64,000 nucleotides of DNA from Octopus bimaculoides (taxonomy: Eukaryota), in NCBI RefSeq assembly GCF_001194135.2, contig NC_068991.1, forward strand, positions 24,564,209 to 24,628,208, in the 5' to 3' direction. This document shows, piece after piece, positions 11,541-25,470 of the stretch. A program made the translations under genes and the position numbers. The notes beneath the pieces are model-generated. The model searched no databases. It was not told the DNA's origin and saw nothing but the letters and a program-made list of their open reading frames with translations. Each line of letters starts with the position of its first letter. Positions within the stretch are counted from its first letter, which is position 1.

Positions 11541-12169
11541 CAATTTTTTAGATTAGCTTATATAAGCTACACACACACATACACAAATACATACATATAT
11601 TATGTGTGGGCATGCATACATATGTGCATGTATTTATATGTAATGAGTATTCTATACAAGACTATATTTCAAGCGTTATTTGAAAACAATTACAAGGTTG
11701 TTGTTATGAGAGAATTTGCAGAGTTAACAACTGCAGAATTGTGTAGTTGGATTACAGTTAACTTTGGCCTCATCAAAACCCTGAATACTTTCTCACTGAG
11801 ATCAGTTTATATAATTACATCTGTTATCCAAAATAAATCATGTGATGATGATGATGGTGGTAAATATTTAGGTTATCCTAAAGAAAATTGTTTAAAAGCA
11901 AGGGTATAAATTTACTTCTTATATAAAAGTAATGTATATCGTTTATGTTATGTTATGTAATTCTTCACATGTGAGCACACATGCATGTGTGTGTGTATGT
12001 TATGTGTGCATTCATGTATACACACACATGTCATATGCATATAGAGTTACATCCACAGAGAAAAAAAAAACATGTTTTCGCTTTATGTATAAATATTGAG
12101 GTTTTATTTTTTATCATAGACACAAAAACCCCCCAAATTTTGAGGGGATGTGCATAGTCAGTTTAATCC

Positions 12170-12423
12170 AGTGAGTGTAAACTATTTTTTGCCTATGGAC
12201 CCATTTGATTCCTATTTTACTCTACTGGACCTCCACATTCATTCAATGTATATAAAAAAAATCTTACTGTATTTTTATGATTGAATATTATTAGGAATTG
12301 TATAAAAAATTTTTAATCTTTTATGTATTGTATAAGTGTAAGCAACTTATGGCACATAAATTTCAACAAGAAAATCTTATATGGACTCACAAGGGCCATA
12401 CGGACCCTGGTTAAGAACCATTG
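12170..12423. mobile_element. Probable hAT-type MITE remnant
   Basis: Ends in ggaccctggttaagaaccattg, which resembles hAT/Charlie-type termini, and starts with cagtg. No TSD could be established. Confidence 0.4.
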
Positions 12424-14436
12424 ATCTAATTAATCACAGGACTTCACTGGTACTTATTTTATTGTCAGTGGAAGGGTGAAAATCTATTAGACTTCAGTGA
12501 AATTTCAAATCACAACATAAGGGGACATGAATAAACAGCAAAAGGCATTTGTCTGATGCTCTACTGATATGTTTATATATAATAATAGAATATATCTTCA
12601 AATACTTAATGACATCTACTAAATACATGTGAACATGCATTCACACACACACATAAATACACACACATCAGATCAATACTGTGATTTGAACTTGGAAACT
12701 CTTGGTTTCCAAACATAAAATGTGGTAACTGGTATTTTGTTGCATCAGTAAAAATCCGATCAAAAATTTTCACGGAATTTTTGGAATCTGGTGAAAACAA
12801 CTTGTAATGTGATGATGTCAAAAAAAAATCTAACCAATGACACTCAACAACTACACATCCTACTCTTTGAACGATGTTATCAAAAATTCTAACAAATCCA
12901 AAATTCTTTTTTCTTTGTCATTGTCATCATCATATGTCTATGTTCTATGCAGGCAAAAGTTGAATACTTTCACAGGATCAGATGGGCCCAAAGACCGCAT
13001 CATGCTCCAGTGTTTGTTTGGCATGGTTTCCATGACTGGATACCCTTCCTAATGACAATCACTTAAGTGTACCATCAGCACTTGTAAGGTTACCAAGCAG
13101 CTTGCAAGATTATGACCCTCGAGTGGGGAGGGAGACTTTATACTGGGAAGATAAGGAGAGAGGTGAGGCATGTGAGAAAGGGCTAGAGTAGAAAGGATTT
13201 CTTACTGTAGAGGGGCAGTACAACCACCTGCATTTTAGAAGAGAGGGTGGAGTGGGAAGTTGGAAAGTGATATAAGTGGTAATGAAGTGTCAGAGTGTAC
13301 CTTGAAGGTGCAAGGTGGGTAGGAACAGGTGGAGCAAAGGTACCAAGAAAGAGTGTATGGGTAGAGGAATAGAAATGATGCAGAGCAGTGGAATAGAAAT
13401 GATGATACAGTATATGTGGAGGTAAAAGGGAGACAGCCTGGTGGTTAGGTTGCAGGGGTGGGTGAGGAAGAGAGGCAGGTGCAGAGTATGAGAGATTGAA
13501 ACATGTGGAGGTAGGAGAGAAGAGGTACTTTGATGGCAAAGTAGGAGTGGGCGGGGTCATCAATGAAAATATGGATAGAGATCAGTATCAAAGGACAACA
13601 ATGGAGAACAAATGAAAATTGTTGATTGAAAATAAATCAAACTTTGCTTATGTTAATCACAGCTTATAAAAAATGTAGCAAACAGCTTGCAGAGGAACAG
13701 AGTTAGACAGAGGTGGGAACTTACTTGATCAGTGAGCAACAAGTTGATGAGATAAAAGCTATTGACAGGTAAAAACTACAGAAGCAAACAGTCATAAGCA
13801 ACAAAGCATGAATGCAAATGAAATTCTTTCTCTAACAGATACTACCAATCAACAAGGCCATCACAACTTTTCTCTTCTGAACCTGTTTCAAAAACATGGC
13901 TATCAGCAAAATATAAGAAATGCTACATAAGCTAACCACTCCAGTATATCAATATTCATCACCACACAGAAAAATTCCTACATGATATTGTAAAATGAAC
14001 TCTGTCTTTTGAATCTCTGTTTTTTTTCTTTCTAAAGTAACAATAGATATGTGATGAAGAACAGACTTCAACTTTTATTCATTTCATCACCATATTGTCA
14101 CACACACAAAGAAAATAGTTTCCAAATTAAGAAAAGGTTAAAGAAAAATTAATATTCAAAAGAGCACACCAGCCAGTAAGAAAGGCAATTTCTAAAACAA
14201 TATAAATTAACAGTAATGGCTAAATATATATTCATTGAAGATCTAGTGACCACCATCATCACTTTAATGTAAGTTTGTTTGTAACAGTAGTGCAGGGTCA
14301 GTACAGAGTGCCAGCAACAGGCCCAGACTTTGGGGCGACAACAAGAAACTTGATTCTTTTGTAAAGTCTTAGCAGGTCATGTCACTGTCACATACGTTAC
14401 CTAGTTACCATACTCAGATATACACACACACACACT

Positions 14437-14495
<59 letters not shown>

Positions 14496-14862
14496 TCACA
14501 CACACACATTTATAATGAATAGCTAACAGTACAACGAAAAATATATATTACAATAAATGTCAGTAAGTGTTCATGTGTTGGTGTAGGTGTTAAACGTGTT
14601 ATGTGGTGTTGTGAAATATCTACCATGTGGAAAGAGAAAGAGAGCAACAAGTGCATAGATAAAGAAACGCACATGTGTGCATGAACAAACATATGCACAC
14701 ACACACAATACAGCATTTTTTTAATATCTTTAAACATACAAAATACACACAAAAGTTTGCACAAAGGCACAAGAATTATTAAATGAGTATCATGCATCCA
14801 CAATACACAGGTAGACACATCACACACACACCATGTGCAAGAAGACATATATAAATGTCATA

Positions 14863-14927
<65 letters not shown>

Positions 14928-16149
14928 CTATGATGGGTGGCTCCTGGTACTTCAACCAGCATATATGATGTTAAAAATCAAAGCCTAATAATTGAAATAG
15001 GATATATATAGCATACATCGCATGAATTCTCTTTCTACCTGTCTCTCATAAAAATGAAAAATATATTAAAATCTGTTTTGTTATTCACATTCAGTTTTGC
15101 ATGCCTTGAATTCATACAGGGAACACTATTGTTTGCATATACGTATGTGAGCATATGTGTGTAGAAGTGTGGATGCACATACATTTAAATGTATGCGTAA
15201 AATAATAGTTGTTCAACATTATTTAGGCTAATAATTATTTAGCCATAATTTGGAGGAAGGATTAAAGCCCACCAGAAACTTAAAATCTCAGAATATATTC
15301 AACCCAATCCCCATCATGAAACTTCACTGCTTTCTGTTAATCTTACTGTCATTTCACATTAGAACAATACCAAATGTCAAGATGACTTGAAAATGACAGA
15401 CAATTTAAACACTAGAAGTACTCATGGCTTCGTTTTTCTACAAGGACTTAATAAAAAGTTGGTTATTTATGCAAGGACAATCAAACATGAATAAAACATC
15501 ATCTTTATCCATATAAAAATCAATGCAATACCAGCGATACTGCACAATCTACTTTTGTTTTATACTATTTGCCTTTCATCCTTCAGTAATTGAATATTGG
15601 ATTGATGTAACCAACAATATTTGAGACATATTATCATTATTTGTTTTTATTCTTTCTTTTGCAGGCTTTACACAATCTCCTACTGGACTATTACCTGTGG
15701 TCTGGGGCAAGAGAAAGTGATAGGAAGTTGTTCCAGCTACCTGCATAACGGGTACCAAGAAACCCCACATTATTTACATGAAGAAACGTGTTTTGTACAT
15801 ATGATTTGATGCTGGATATATATGAAGGCATATAAAGCTTTAAATTCAAATTTGATAGAGAATGCCTATTTTTAAGGTATGTCACATTCATTTTCAAGTA
15901 ATCCTGTAATTCATATTTACATATGAAGGGCTATTTTTAGCATATGTACAGAGCAGGTTAATATTAATTTTTGAATTTCCTGGAAAGTCAGTTCTCCTGA
16001 GATGTTTCTTACATATTTTTCTTACCATATCTAAGGCTCATCTGATGAGTGGCACTGTTTTTCTTTTAAGGTGTCACATCTGTAAGTCTTTGGTTGTTTT
16101 TTTTAAACTTTTTCTACAGATGTTTTTTTTTTCTTGTTTTCTAGAATCA

Positions 16150-16584
16150 TTAGAAGCATTGGAAAAATTGCAGTGTTTGCTTTTGGTCTTTTTATATTGT
16201 GAGCTCAAATCCTGCAAGGTCAACTTTGCTTTTCATCCTTCTGGAGATGGTAAAATAAAATAACAGTAAAGTACTGCTGTCAATAGTATTGACTAATCCC
16301 CTCCCCTTAAAATTGCTGGGATTGTGCCCAAATCAGAAACAGTTATCATCATCACCATCATCATTATTAAGGCAGTGAGCTGGCAGAAACTCTAGCACAC
16401 TGGGCAAAATGCTTTGCAGCATTTCATCGGTCTTTATGTTTTGAGTTCAAATTCCACCAAGGTTGATTTTACCTTTCCATCCTTCAAGGGGTCAATAAAT
16501 TAAGTATCAGTCAAGCACTGAGACTGATATAATTGACTAGTCCCTACCCTCAAAATTTTATGCCTTTTGTCGATAGTAGAAAGG

Positions 16585-16634
<50 letters not shown>

Positions 16635-16900
16635 CGTTATCATTATTATTATTATTATTATTAAACATATCATTATTGTTGAAATAAAAAAGGTGGTGAA
16701 CCAGCAGAACTGTCAGCACACCAGACAAAATGCTGAGCTGCATTTTGTCTTTCTTTATGATCTAAATTCAGATTTCACCAAGGTCTACTTTGCTTTTTGT
16801 CCTTTCAGGGTCAATGAGGTAAGTACTGAGCACTGGGGGTCAATGTAATTAACTATCCCCACTCCTCAGAACTTTCAGGTCTTGTGCCTATAGTAGACAG
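16150..16900 (+). repeat. Head-to-tail array (about 3.5 units) of an approximately 210-bp SINE-like unit, with (ATT)n spacers
   Basis: The motif ttctgagttcaaattcc..aggtcaactttgcctttcatcctt..ggggtcaat...aagtac...cactggggtcaat..aatcgact..ccctccc..aaaatt recurs at about 16200, 16440 and 16760. Confidence 0.8.
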
Positions 16901-17007
16901 GATTATTATGGCAATAAACAATAATTATAAAAATGTCCATTTTTTTTTTTATATACCACAAGAATGATGGATGGGAATGTATGATAATAATAATAATAAT
17001 AATAATA

Positions 17008-17054
<47 letters not shown>

Positions 17055-17597
17055 GCCACAGTCTTGACAGCTAACAGTTGTCAACTAAGAGCTATGATTT
17101 AGAGCCTATGCTTATAAGCAAAGTAGATTTAGAAACTGGTTCCCAAGACAAGTACCAGAGAGGTACAGAAATATTGATTATTTTATCATAACATCACAAC
17201 CACCAGTTGCTTGGTCATCATTGTCGTCGTATTCTTCTTCTTCTTCTTCTTCTCCTTCTACTACTACTACTACTACTACCACAACCACCACAACCACCAC
17301 CACCACCACCACTGCATGTAGTAGCAGTAGAAAAATCCACTGCTATAACTTCTGGTAGTAATGTCACCACAATAGAAACTAGTAGTAGTATTGCACACCA
17401 ACACCGTTACTATGAATAATACTACAACTGCTACTATTACTACTGCTAACACTGCCAGCAACATAAGCACTAGTTGATGCTACTTGTCTGGAGAGAATAA
17501 AAATACACATATGATGTAACATATTTTGTGATATATAAGAGAACAGTAAATATTGTACTACACTGCATGACAAATAAGAATGTACTCTGCATGTGTA

Positions 17598-17638
<41 letters not shown>

Positions 17639-17905
17639 TTATTAATGTGTATACATACACACACATGTGCACACACAAATGTACATACACATGCATGTGG
17701 AAAAAATATATTACGAGGAAAATATTTTGGACGCAATTCATTTATAGATATACAGTCAGTTATTTAACTAGATGCATGTATGTACATATACATATATATG
17801 TATAGATATATATATATACATACGTTTATATAGAAACATATATATACATAAATATATACAAATATATATATATATATATGTTTATATAGACACATATATA
17901 TATAT

Positions 17906-17972
<67 letters not shown>

Positions 17973-17980
17973 TACACATA

Positions 17981-18139
17981 ATAGGCACAGGAGTGGCAGT
18001 GTGGTAAGAAGCTTGCTTCCGAACTACATGATTCCAGGTTCAGTCCCACTACATGGCACCTTCTACCTTAGTCTCTGGCTGACCAAAGCCTTGTGAGTGG
18101 ATTTGGTAGACGGAAACTGAAAGAAGCCTATTGTGTATA

Positions 18140-18150
<11 letters not shown>
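17981..18150 (+). mobile_element. 5' half of the abundant tRNA-derived SINE
   Basis: aggcacaggagtggcagtgtggtaagaagcttgcttcc...ccaggttcagtccc contains A-box and B-box-like sequences and is the reverse complement of the heads at 33000-33130 and 34090-34247. Confidence 0.85.
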
Positions 18151-18177
<27 letters not shown>

Positions 18178-18270
18178 CAGTGCCACTTTGGCGTGTGCTC
18201 TACAATTTAAAGGGAGATTAGTTTAGGTTACTTTTTTGTTTACTTTATGTTAGTACTACTTTGCCATGTG

Positions 18271-18654
18271 GAGGCACAATGGCCCAGTGGTTAGGGCAGC
18301 GGACTCGCGGTCACAGGATCGTGGTTTCGATTCCCAGACCAGGTGTTGTGAGTGTTTATTGAGTGAAAATACGTAAAGCTCCACGAGGCTCCGGCAGGGG
18401 ATGGTGGCGAACCCTGCTGTACTCTTCCACCACAACTTTCTCTCACTCTTACTTCCTGTTTCTGTTGTGCCTGTAATTCAAAGGGTCAGCCTTGTCACAC
18501 TGTGTCATGCTGAATATCCCCGAGAACTACGTTAAGGGTACACGTGTCTGTGGAGTGCTCAGCCACTTGCACGTTAATTTCACGAGCAGGCTGTTCTGTT
18601 GATCGGATCAACTGAAACCCTCAGCGTTGTAAGCGACGGAATGCCAACAACAAA
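18271..18654 (+). mobile_element. Full-length young tRNA-derived SINE with a 13-bp target-site duplication
   Basis: A box tggcccagtgg, B box ggtttcgattccc and a (caa)n tail. actttgccatgtg flanks it at both 18258-18270 and 18655-18667. Many CpGs are retained. Confidence 0.9.
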
Positions 18655-18797
18655 ACTTTGCCATGTGATCTAAATAAAATACAGACAGGCAGACAGATTA
18701 TGAATTTTATCCCGTATGAGATACGAGATAAAAACATTGTCTGTTTAGAGAAACAATTGTAATGTCAAGTTGATTTCTCCTTTCCTCTTTGAAATTA

Positions 18798-18850
<53 letters not shown>

Positions 18851-19323
18851 CAAATACAAAATAAATGAAAAAAAAAAATTACGAGAGGGGTCCACTGCAT
18901 GAAAGCTCAATAGTAAAGCTAATATATTTATGTAGCAAGCCAAGAAATTTTAATTAACTTAAATTACACATTTAATAACAAGAATAATTATTTTCTGAAT
19001 AACTAATCATGTAAAAAAAAAAGGTAGCAAAGGAGACAATTCTGTACTTAATTAACTAAGTGAAATATGAAACGCTGTGAGGTGTGTGTTTTATCTTTAG
19101 CAGTTTGGAGACAACTCAACATGCACCAGTGTTATGCATAGACATGTATGTGTGTATGAATATAATATGTATATGTACATGTGTGTGATATACATATATA
19201 TATACATGTGAATTTATATATTTATATATATATATGTGTATACATTTTCATATATGGGTATTTATGTATACATGCATGTAAATGTGTCTATGTGCATGTA
19301 TGTGATGTAGGTATTCTTATATA

Positions 19324-19372
<49 letters not shown>

Positions 19373-19544
19373 CTCACCATTGCTTAGACTGTCATGAGAA
19401 GTATGAGTTGTAAATGAACACAGAGTGGTGTTATAGTTTAAGACAATAACAGGAAAAAAAAATATCTAGAACTGCCCTCTGCATGAAAGCTTCATAGCAA
19501 AGTGGGATAAAAATGCATATTTGATGTAGGAAGAAATTTAGATT

Positions 19545-19920
19545 ATAGGTGCAGACATGGTTCTGTTGCTAAGAAGTTCACTTCACAAATGCGTGGTTTT
19601 GGGTTCAGTTCCACTGCTCAGCACCTTCGCCAAGTGTCTTCTAAGCCAACAAATGCTTTGCAAATGAGTTTGGTAGACAGAAACTGTGTAGAAGCCCATT
19701 GTTTGTTTGTTTTCTTGTGTGTATGTGAAAGTGTATGTGTGTATGTATGTATGCATGTGCATCGTCCTTCACTGCTTGACAACTGGTGTTGGTTTGTTTA
19801 TGTCCTCTATAATTTAGCAATTCAGCAAAAAAGTAATGACATAATAAAATACTTAACTTCAAATAAATACAGTACCCTAGCATGGTTGTAGTTCAATGAT
19901 TGAAACAAGTATAAAATTAA
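19545..19920 (+). mobile_element. Degenerate full-length copy of the abundant SINE
   Basis: Head, TG-rich middle and tail (tgattgaaacaagtataaaa) are colinear with the reverse complement of 32700-33130. Confidence 0.75.
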
Positions 19921-20329
19921 AAGACAAAAGTCTAAAAGTACACCCTTAGTGATGAAAACAATAATTTCGCAAAGAAATAATCTTAGTCCAAAAAATGTGG
20001 TATTTGACCCTGAGTATTCTTTTAATTCATAATGCTACTCTGTATTCATTCACAAAAATTCCATATGCTTCTCTAGGCCTTCTAAGATCTACAGTAAAGT
20101 TTAGATTGTGCATAGCTGAGGAGGTTCAATAAGACTGAAATATATCTGGAGTTGTCCTCATACTACTAAAAATCAAACTTATTTGACACTGCATTTCATA
20201 TTTAGTTAATTTTAAATGAATTCCAGGGTCGTAACTTCTTGCCATTTTTTACTAGAATTAACAATTGAGAAAATGATTATTCTCATTACTGTGAAATCTT
20301 TAATAAATTAAAATTCTTTGGATTATTAC

Positions 20330-20760
20330 ATAAAGGCAGTGAGCTGACAGAATCATTAGCACACTGGGCAAAATGCTTAGCAGCTTTTCATCTATCCTTA
20401 CATTCTGAGTTCAAATTCCACGAAGGTCAACTTTGCCTTTCATCCTTTCGGGGTCAATAAATTCAGTATCAGTGAAATACTAGGGTCAATATACTCAACT
20501 AGCCCCTCCCCAAAAATGTCAGGCCTGGTACCTTTAGTAGAAAGGATTATTACATCAAGTATACAACCACCAACTTTACTCACCCTCTCTTTCTTTCTGC
20601 CTGCCTACCTGCCTACCTATTTATCTTTCCATATCAATTTCATCTTTCACCCTTTCAGAGTTGATAAAATAGGTATGAGTGGAAAACTAGGGACAATATA
20701 ATCAAATTACCACCTCCCACAAAATTGCTGGCATTGAGCCAAAATTTGAAATCACTGTCT
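20330..20760 (+). repeat. Tandem pair of the approximately 210-bp SINE-like unit
   Basis: aaggcagtgagctgacagaatc...ctgagttcaaattcc...ccctccccaaaa followed by a second partial unit. Confidence 0.75.
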
Positions 20761-22417
20761 ATCTATCTACATACATACTCATATGTATATATACATACAT
20801 ACACACATAACTACAGATAAGTCTACCTACATCACATATATGCATATACATACATACACCACACATATACATAAACACATACACACACAAATACATACAC
20901 ACATATACATGAATATATGTAAATCCACATGCATATATACATATCTTGCACACACATTCATACATACACATACATATACATATACACACATACACACACT
21001 CAGCCATATTACAATATTATCATTCTATCATATACTACAGTACTATATTACTTTTTTCTTGATACAATTAACATTAATCCATCACCCTCTGTAGTATGTT
21101 TGGCATGAGAACATTCCCAACAAAGTTGCTTGCAGACTGGTTTTACCCATATTCCATTTCTTGAACTGGAGATTTCTTGTAAGGTCACTTGATCACCTGC
21201 TGTCTGCCTATATTAACCCCACCATCACTGCCAACACCACTCCTATGCAGATGATAGCACCTTTTACTAAATAAGCATCACACACATGCAGTTTAGACAC
21301 CTCATGCCATATATGCAGTACTTCTAGGACTTAAGAACATTCTCCACTTGGGATATAACAACTTTGCTACATACATTAGCACCAAAAAAATCAACCACTC
21401 TGGTGGATTTTTAAACAATGATAATTCAGTTGTTCAATCAAATAATTTAACCCTGAGTAGTCTTATGTAGAAAGCCTTTGATCATAGGTCTGTTCATTCA
21501 GTGTGGACCACTGCCAAGAAGAACAACAAAGTAGAGAAGGTCTCATTTCTTGCGAGAAAAGGATGTATACATAACCAGAAACATAGATGTTAGTGCTGGG
21601 ACAAGTCACTGGATTTAATCCTTTAACATTTAAACAAAGCATATCAGACCCAAATACTCTACTTGTTTTATGTTCAAACAGGCGAGATCTGGTCTCTCAC
21701 ACCTACCCTACAATGTCATTCTAAAAGTAAACCATCACATCACTGAGCTCTCAAAGCTACAGGATAATGCATGATTAATTCAAAACAATGTGAATATATA
21801 AGCATTACATTTGACAGAGTAATCTGAATGCTAAAGGATTAAAAAAGAAGTAGGAAAGACTGTAGCTTGTGTCACCTGTCAAGGAATGATTCAAGATTAG
21901 TGATGATGAATGACAGGATATTTTTGATGAAGGAGAGTTTTTAAAAAAAAAGAAAGATGACAGTTCCTTGGCTGATACCACTGTTTAGTGAAGAGAACTG
22001 AGAGGATGTTGTTAATACTGATGAAGATGAGAAAAGGAAGGCGATAGTTAACAACTTAAATCTGTTCTCTCTTCTTTATTTATTAATCTTTCTCTCTCCT
22101 TTTCTTTTTAGTATGAAAGCAAACGTTTTTTTTCCCAGACCATATCCACCCTGACTTAAGTAGAGATTGTCATTCAGCTGTATGTCAGCTGATCCTCAAC
22201 TGCACAGATTTATAATCAGAGGCATTCCAGCCATGACTACACCATTTTATTTGTATATCAAGATCTACATTACCCAAAGTAATTCTGTTATACTGAAGAT
22301 GCTAGAGTGTGAATTGATTGCTATTATTTCTAGCAAATCATGCTACCTCCAGAAGATACATTGCTTTAAGGTAATAGTGGAAATACAGTTCTATATTTAA
22401 GAGATGAGAAATTATGC

Positions 22418-22563
22418 ACATTATTTACATTAATTACATTTGATGGATATTTGTCCTCATCTTGTTTGTTGTTAACACGTTTCAGCTGGTATATCCTCCA
22501 ATCTTCATCAAGTGTCTTGGAGAAATTTTGAACCTGGGTTCTCATTCCTAAGGTATTTTTTGA

Positions 22564-22610
<47 letters not shown>

Positions 22611-22882
22611 TCACTGCTTGGAATCAAACTCAGAATCTTGGGGTTAGTAGCCCATGCTCTTAACCACTACGCCATATGCCCATGGGCATATGGCATAGTG
22701 GGCAGTGACCTGAATAATAGCATCATCATCATCATCATCATGAAAAATACCTTAGGAGTGCAAACCAAGGTTCGAAATTTCCCCAAGACACCTGATGGAG
22801 GCTGCAGGGTATATCAGCCGAAATGTGTTAACAACAAAGATGAGGACAAATATCCATCAAATGTAATTAATGTAAATAATGT
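22418..22882. mobile_element. 465-bp palindromic element: head-to-head tRNA-like heads, trinucleotide spacers and Penelope-like tails with hammerhead-like cores
   Basis: The outer 44 bp of the two arms are perfect reverse complements. There is an inner IR (tattattcaggtcactgc / gcagtgacctgaataata) and a central 38-bp palindrome at 22664-22701. A tRNA-like sequence with A/B boxes lies on the minus strand at 22607-22681. Confidence 0.85.
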
Positions 22883-24289
22883 ATAGTTGAAATAGTCTCT
22901 GAACTTTTAGATTTGGCAGTGTTTAAAAAACAAGCCTTGGTGTGGAATTGGTGGGGGGGGGGACAGATGAAATAGGATTTATCAACTTTAACAGCAGTGA
23001 GAAATGAAGGAGTAAAACTAGCAGAAATGTATGTAGGTAGGATTGATTTAGTTGTGCCAAAAGGGGAGGTTTATGTTGCACATAGTAGAAAAGGTGGGGA
23101 GGGGGTAGTGGCAGTGTTGGTGATGAGAGGTGGGGTGGCATTGGCAGTGGAGGAGATGGTTCTAGCAGCTGAAATTGGTGGAAATGTAAATGAATGCAAA
23201 ATAAAAATGATATCCCACCCCCATCCTCAACCCAACAATATGAACACAGAAATATTAATTCTTAAAAGATGAAGAATAAAATAAAAATAAAACACTCTTA
23301 ATTTTTGTTTTAAAATATATGTTGTTTTTTTAAAGGAAAACTAATAGAGAGGAATTATAATTTATTATAAAGAACAATTGTTGAACAGCTTCCGGTTATT
23401 TTGGTTACCTTTATAGACTTATGTACATGACATTTAACAAAGTTCTTAAGAGATTAAGGGTTATTACATGCCAAATGGTACAGGTCAAACATGAGTGACC
23501 CCAGGTTGGATTGATTGCCAAGGAGGATGGTGGTTTAGAACTGTTTAAGGCAGAGTAGCAGAAAGGGGAGAATATTTTAGCGCTTTATCTTCTTCATTGC
23601 CCCTGTCACTTTAATATAGGATGATGATGGCAAGAGCGCACACACACACACACACACACACACATGTATACACATGTCTGTGTATTCACACACAAAAACA
23701 CAATATAGAAATATATATACATAAAATTACACAAACATATACATATATACAATCCCGTCAAACACAATAAATAAATATATAAAAACACAGCTGATGCTAG
23801 CTACTTAATAAGAACAAGTGACAAATGCCATGGCAACAAGCCAGTAAGCTATGAAAACTGAAACTAATAAAAGGCAAAATAAATCAATAAGTAAAATAAG
23901 AAATCCTTATTTTTACTACCAAAAACACTGTTTATTAAGTAATTAAAGACAATTAAACTATAAGGTTATATTTAATTATCCCTAGTCTACAATCTATTCA
24001 AATGGAATTAATAAAATGGATAAAAAAAAAAAACAAGAAAAGAAACAAGTATTTTATCCAGAGTGGTGTTTGTTTTAAACTGCTAGAGATTTATAGTAAA
24101 GGCCACTTTAAACTTAAATCATCATGAATTTCTGGAGCTTAGATGAGTGTTTACCTAAATTTGTAGTAGGCCTTAGTCTTTGGGACTAAGAACTCAATCC
24201 GGTTAAAGACCTATGCCAATATTGACTGTTTCCATACAAACACTTCTTGTACAACTTAAACTAGACAGGCTATATAAAATATACATTAT

Positions 24290-24610
24290 TTTATCAATCC
24301 CTTTGATACCAACCTACTGAGACCACCTTTTGCTCTATGATGTAAGCTTCCTGCTTTAAAGTGTCTTTGTGTCTTGACATCCTGTGATGGTTGTAAGCAA
24401 ATGTCACCGTCATACAAGCAGTGTTGTGAATTTCCAGTCTTCCATGAAAACATGTCCAGACAAAGGGAAATATTACCTTACTTGGGAACAAGTGAAGGTT
24501 GATGACAGGAAGAACATCCAGCTATAGGAAATATTCCTCAATAATTCCATTTGATGAATGCAAGTCGGGTAAAGAGGACATCAAAATGATGATAATGATG
24601 ATGATGACAA
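24290..24610 (+). mobile_element. SINE-like element with RTE-type (GAT)n tail; related copy at about 59200-59390
   Basis: The segment tttccagtcttccatgaaaacatgtcc...aaatattaccttacttgggaacaagtgaaggttgatga is shared with 59257-59340. Confidence 0.65.
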
Positions 24611-25199
24611 AGATGATTTTATTTCTTTATTCTCTAACATTGTTCATACCAACAGAAAATTGACCTTATGTTCATCAAAAGAGAATTAATACCTAAAGAC
24701 TTGTAACAACAAAAGGACTTAAAGGTGAAAGAGAAGTCAATGATAACAATTTTTTAAAATGAGAATGAAACTATAAAAAAAAGGAAAAAACAACAAAAGT
24801 GACTATTTATATCTCCTAAACCTTAATCTTAATTTAGCTTCCTATTATATGAGTAAAAAGTGAAAGGAAAGAAAGTTTTTAAACAGGATTATCTGAATAC
24901 TAGAAACTTATACAAAAGTTGATAGGTTAAATAGCTGAGCTATAAACATATAAGAACATTGGTAAAAATTAATCTGAGGGATTATATCGGCTAAAGCACA
25001 AAATAGATTTGCATTAGAGATAAATAATCTTGAAGAATGAAATTTGCTAAATAATTCAAAGAATGAAATATTCTACTCCAAATGGTTCTGTGTTTAATCA
25101 CAGGATCTGGAACATTTATTTAGGTGGGTGACTATATGATTCAACAACTCTGCATTCACATCCTATCAAAATTGATTTAGTCTTATACCTTTCTCAGGG

Positions 25200-25470
25200 A
25201 TGATGAAACATACTTTTGTTATAATAGCTGAGACAATTAACTAAATTGATAAGGGACAAGAGTGACTTGATGTCTACCAAGAGAACAAAGTCAGATAACA
25301 AAGAGATCATCATTTCTCTCCTACACTTATCGAGTAGAAATATTCAAGTTCAGCCTCTTCAATCAATATCTGTAGACAATTTCTGAAGCCAACATAATTA
25401 GGTTGTGCATTATGAACTGAACAGAATATGACTATCCAGCTGACATCCTCATCAGTTTGGTACCATTCAG
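25200..25470 (+). mobile_element. Ancient non-LTR reverse-transcriptase remnant
   Basis: Traces read NKVR*QRDHHFSPTL (compare GVRQGDxLSPxLF) and DYPADILI (compare YADD). Very degraded. Confidence 0.35.
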
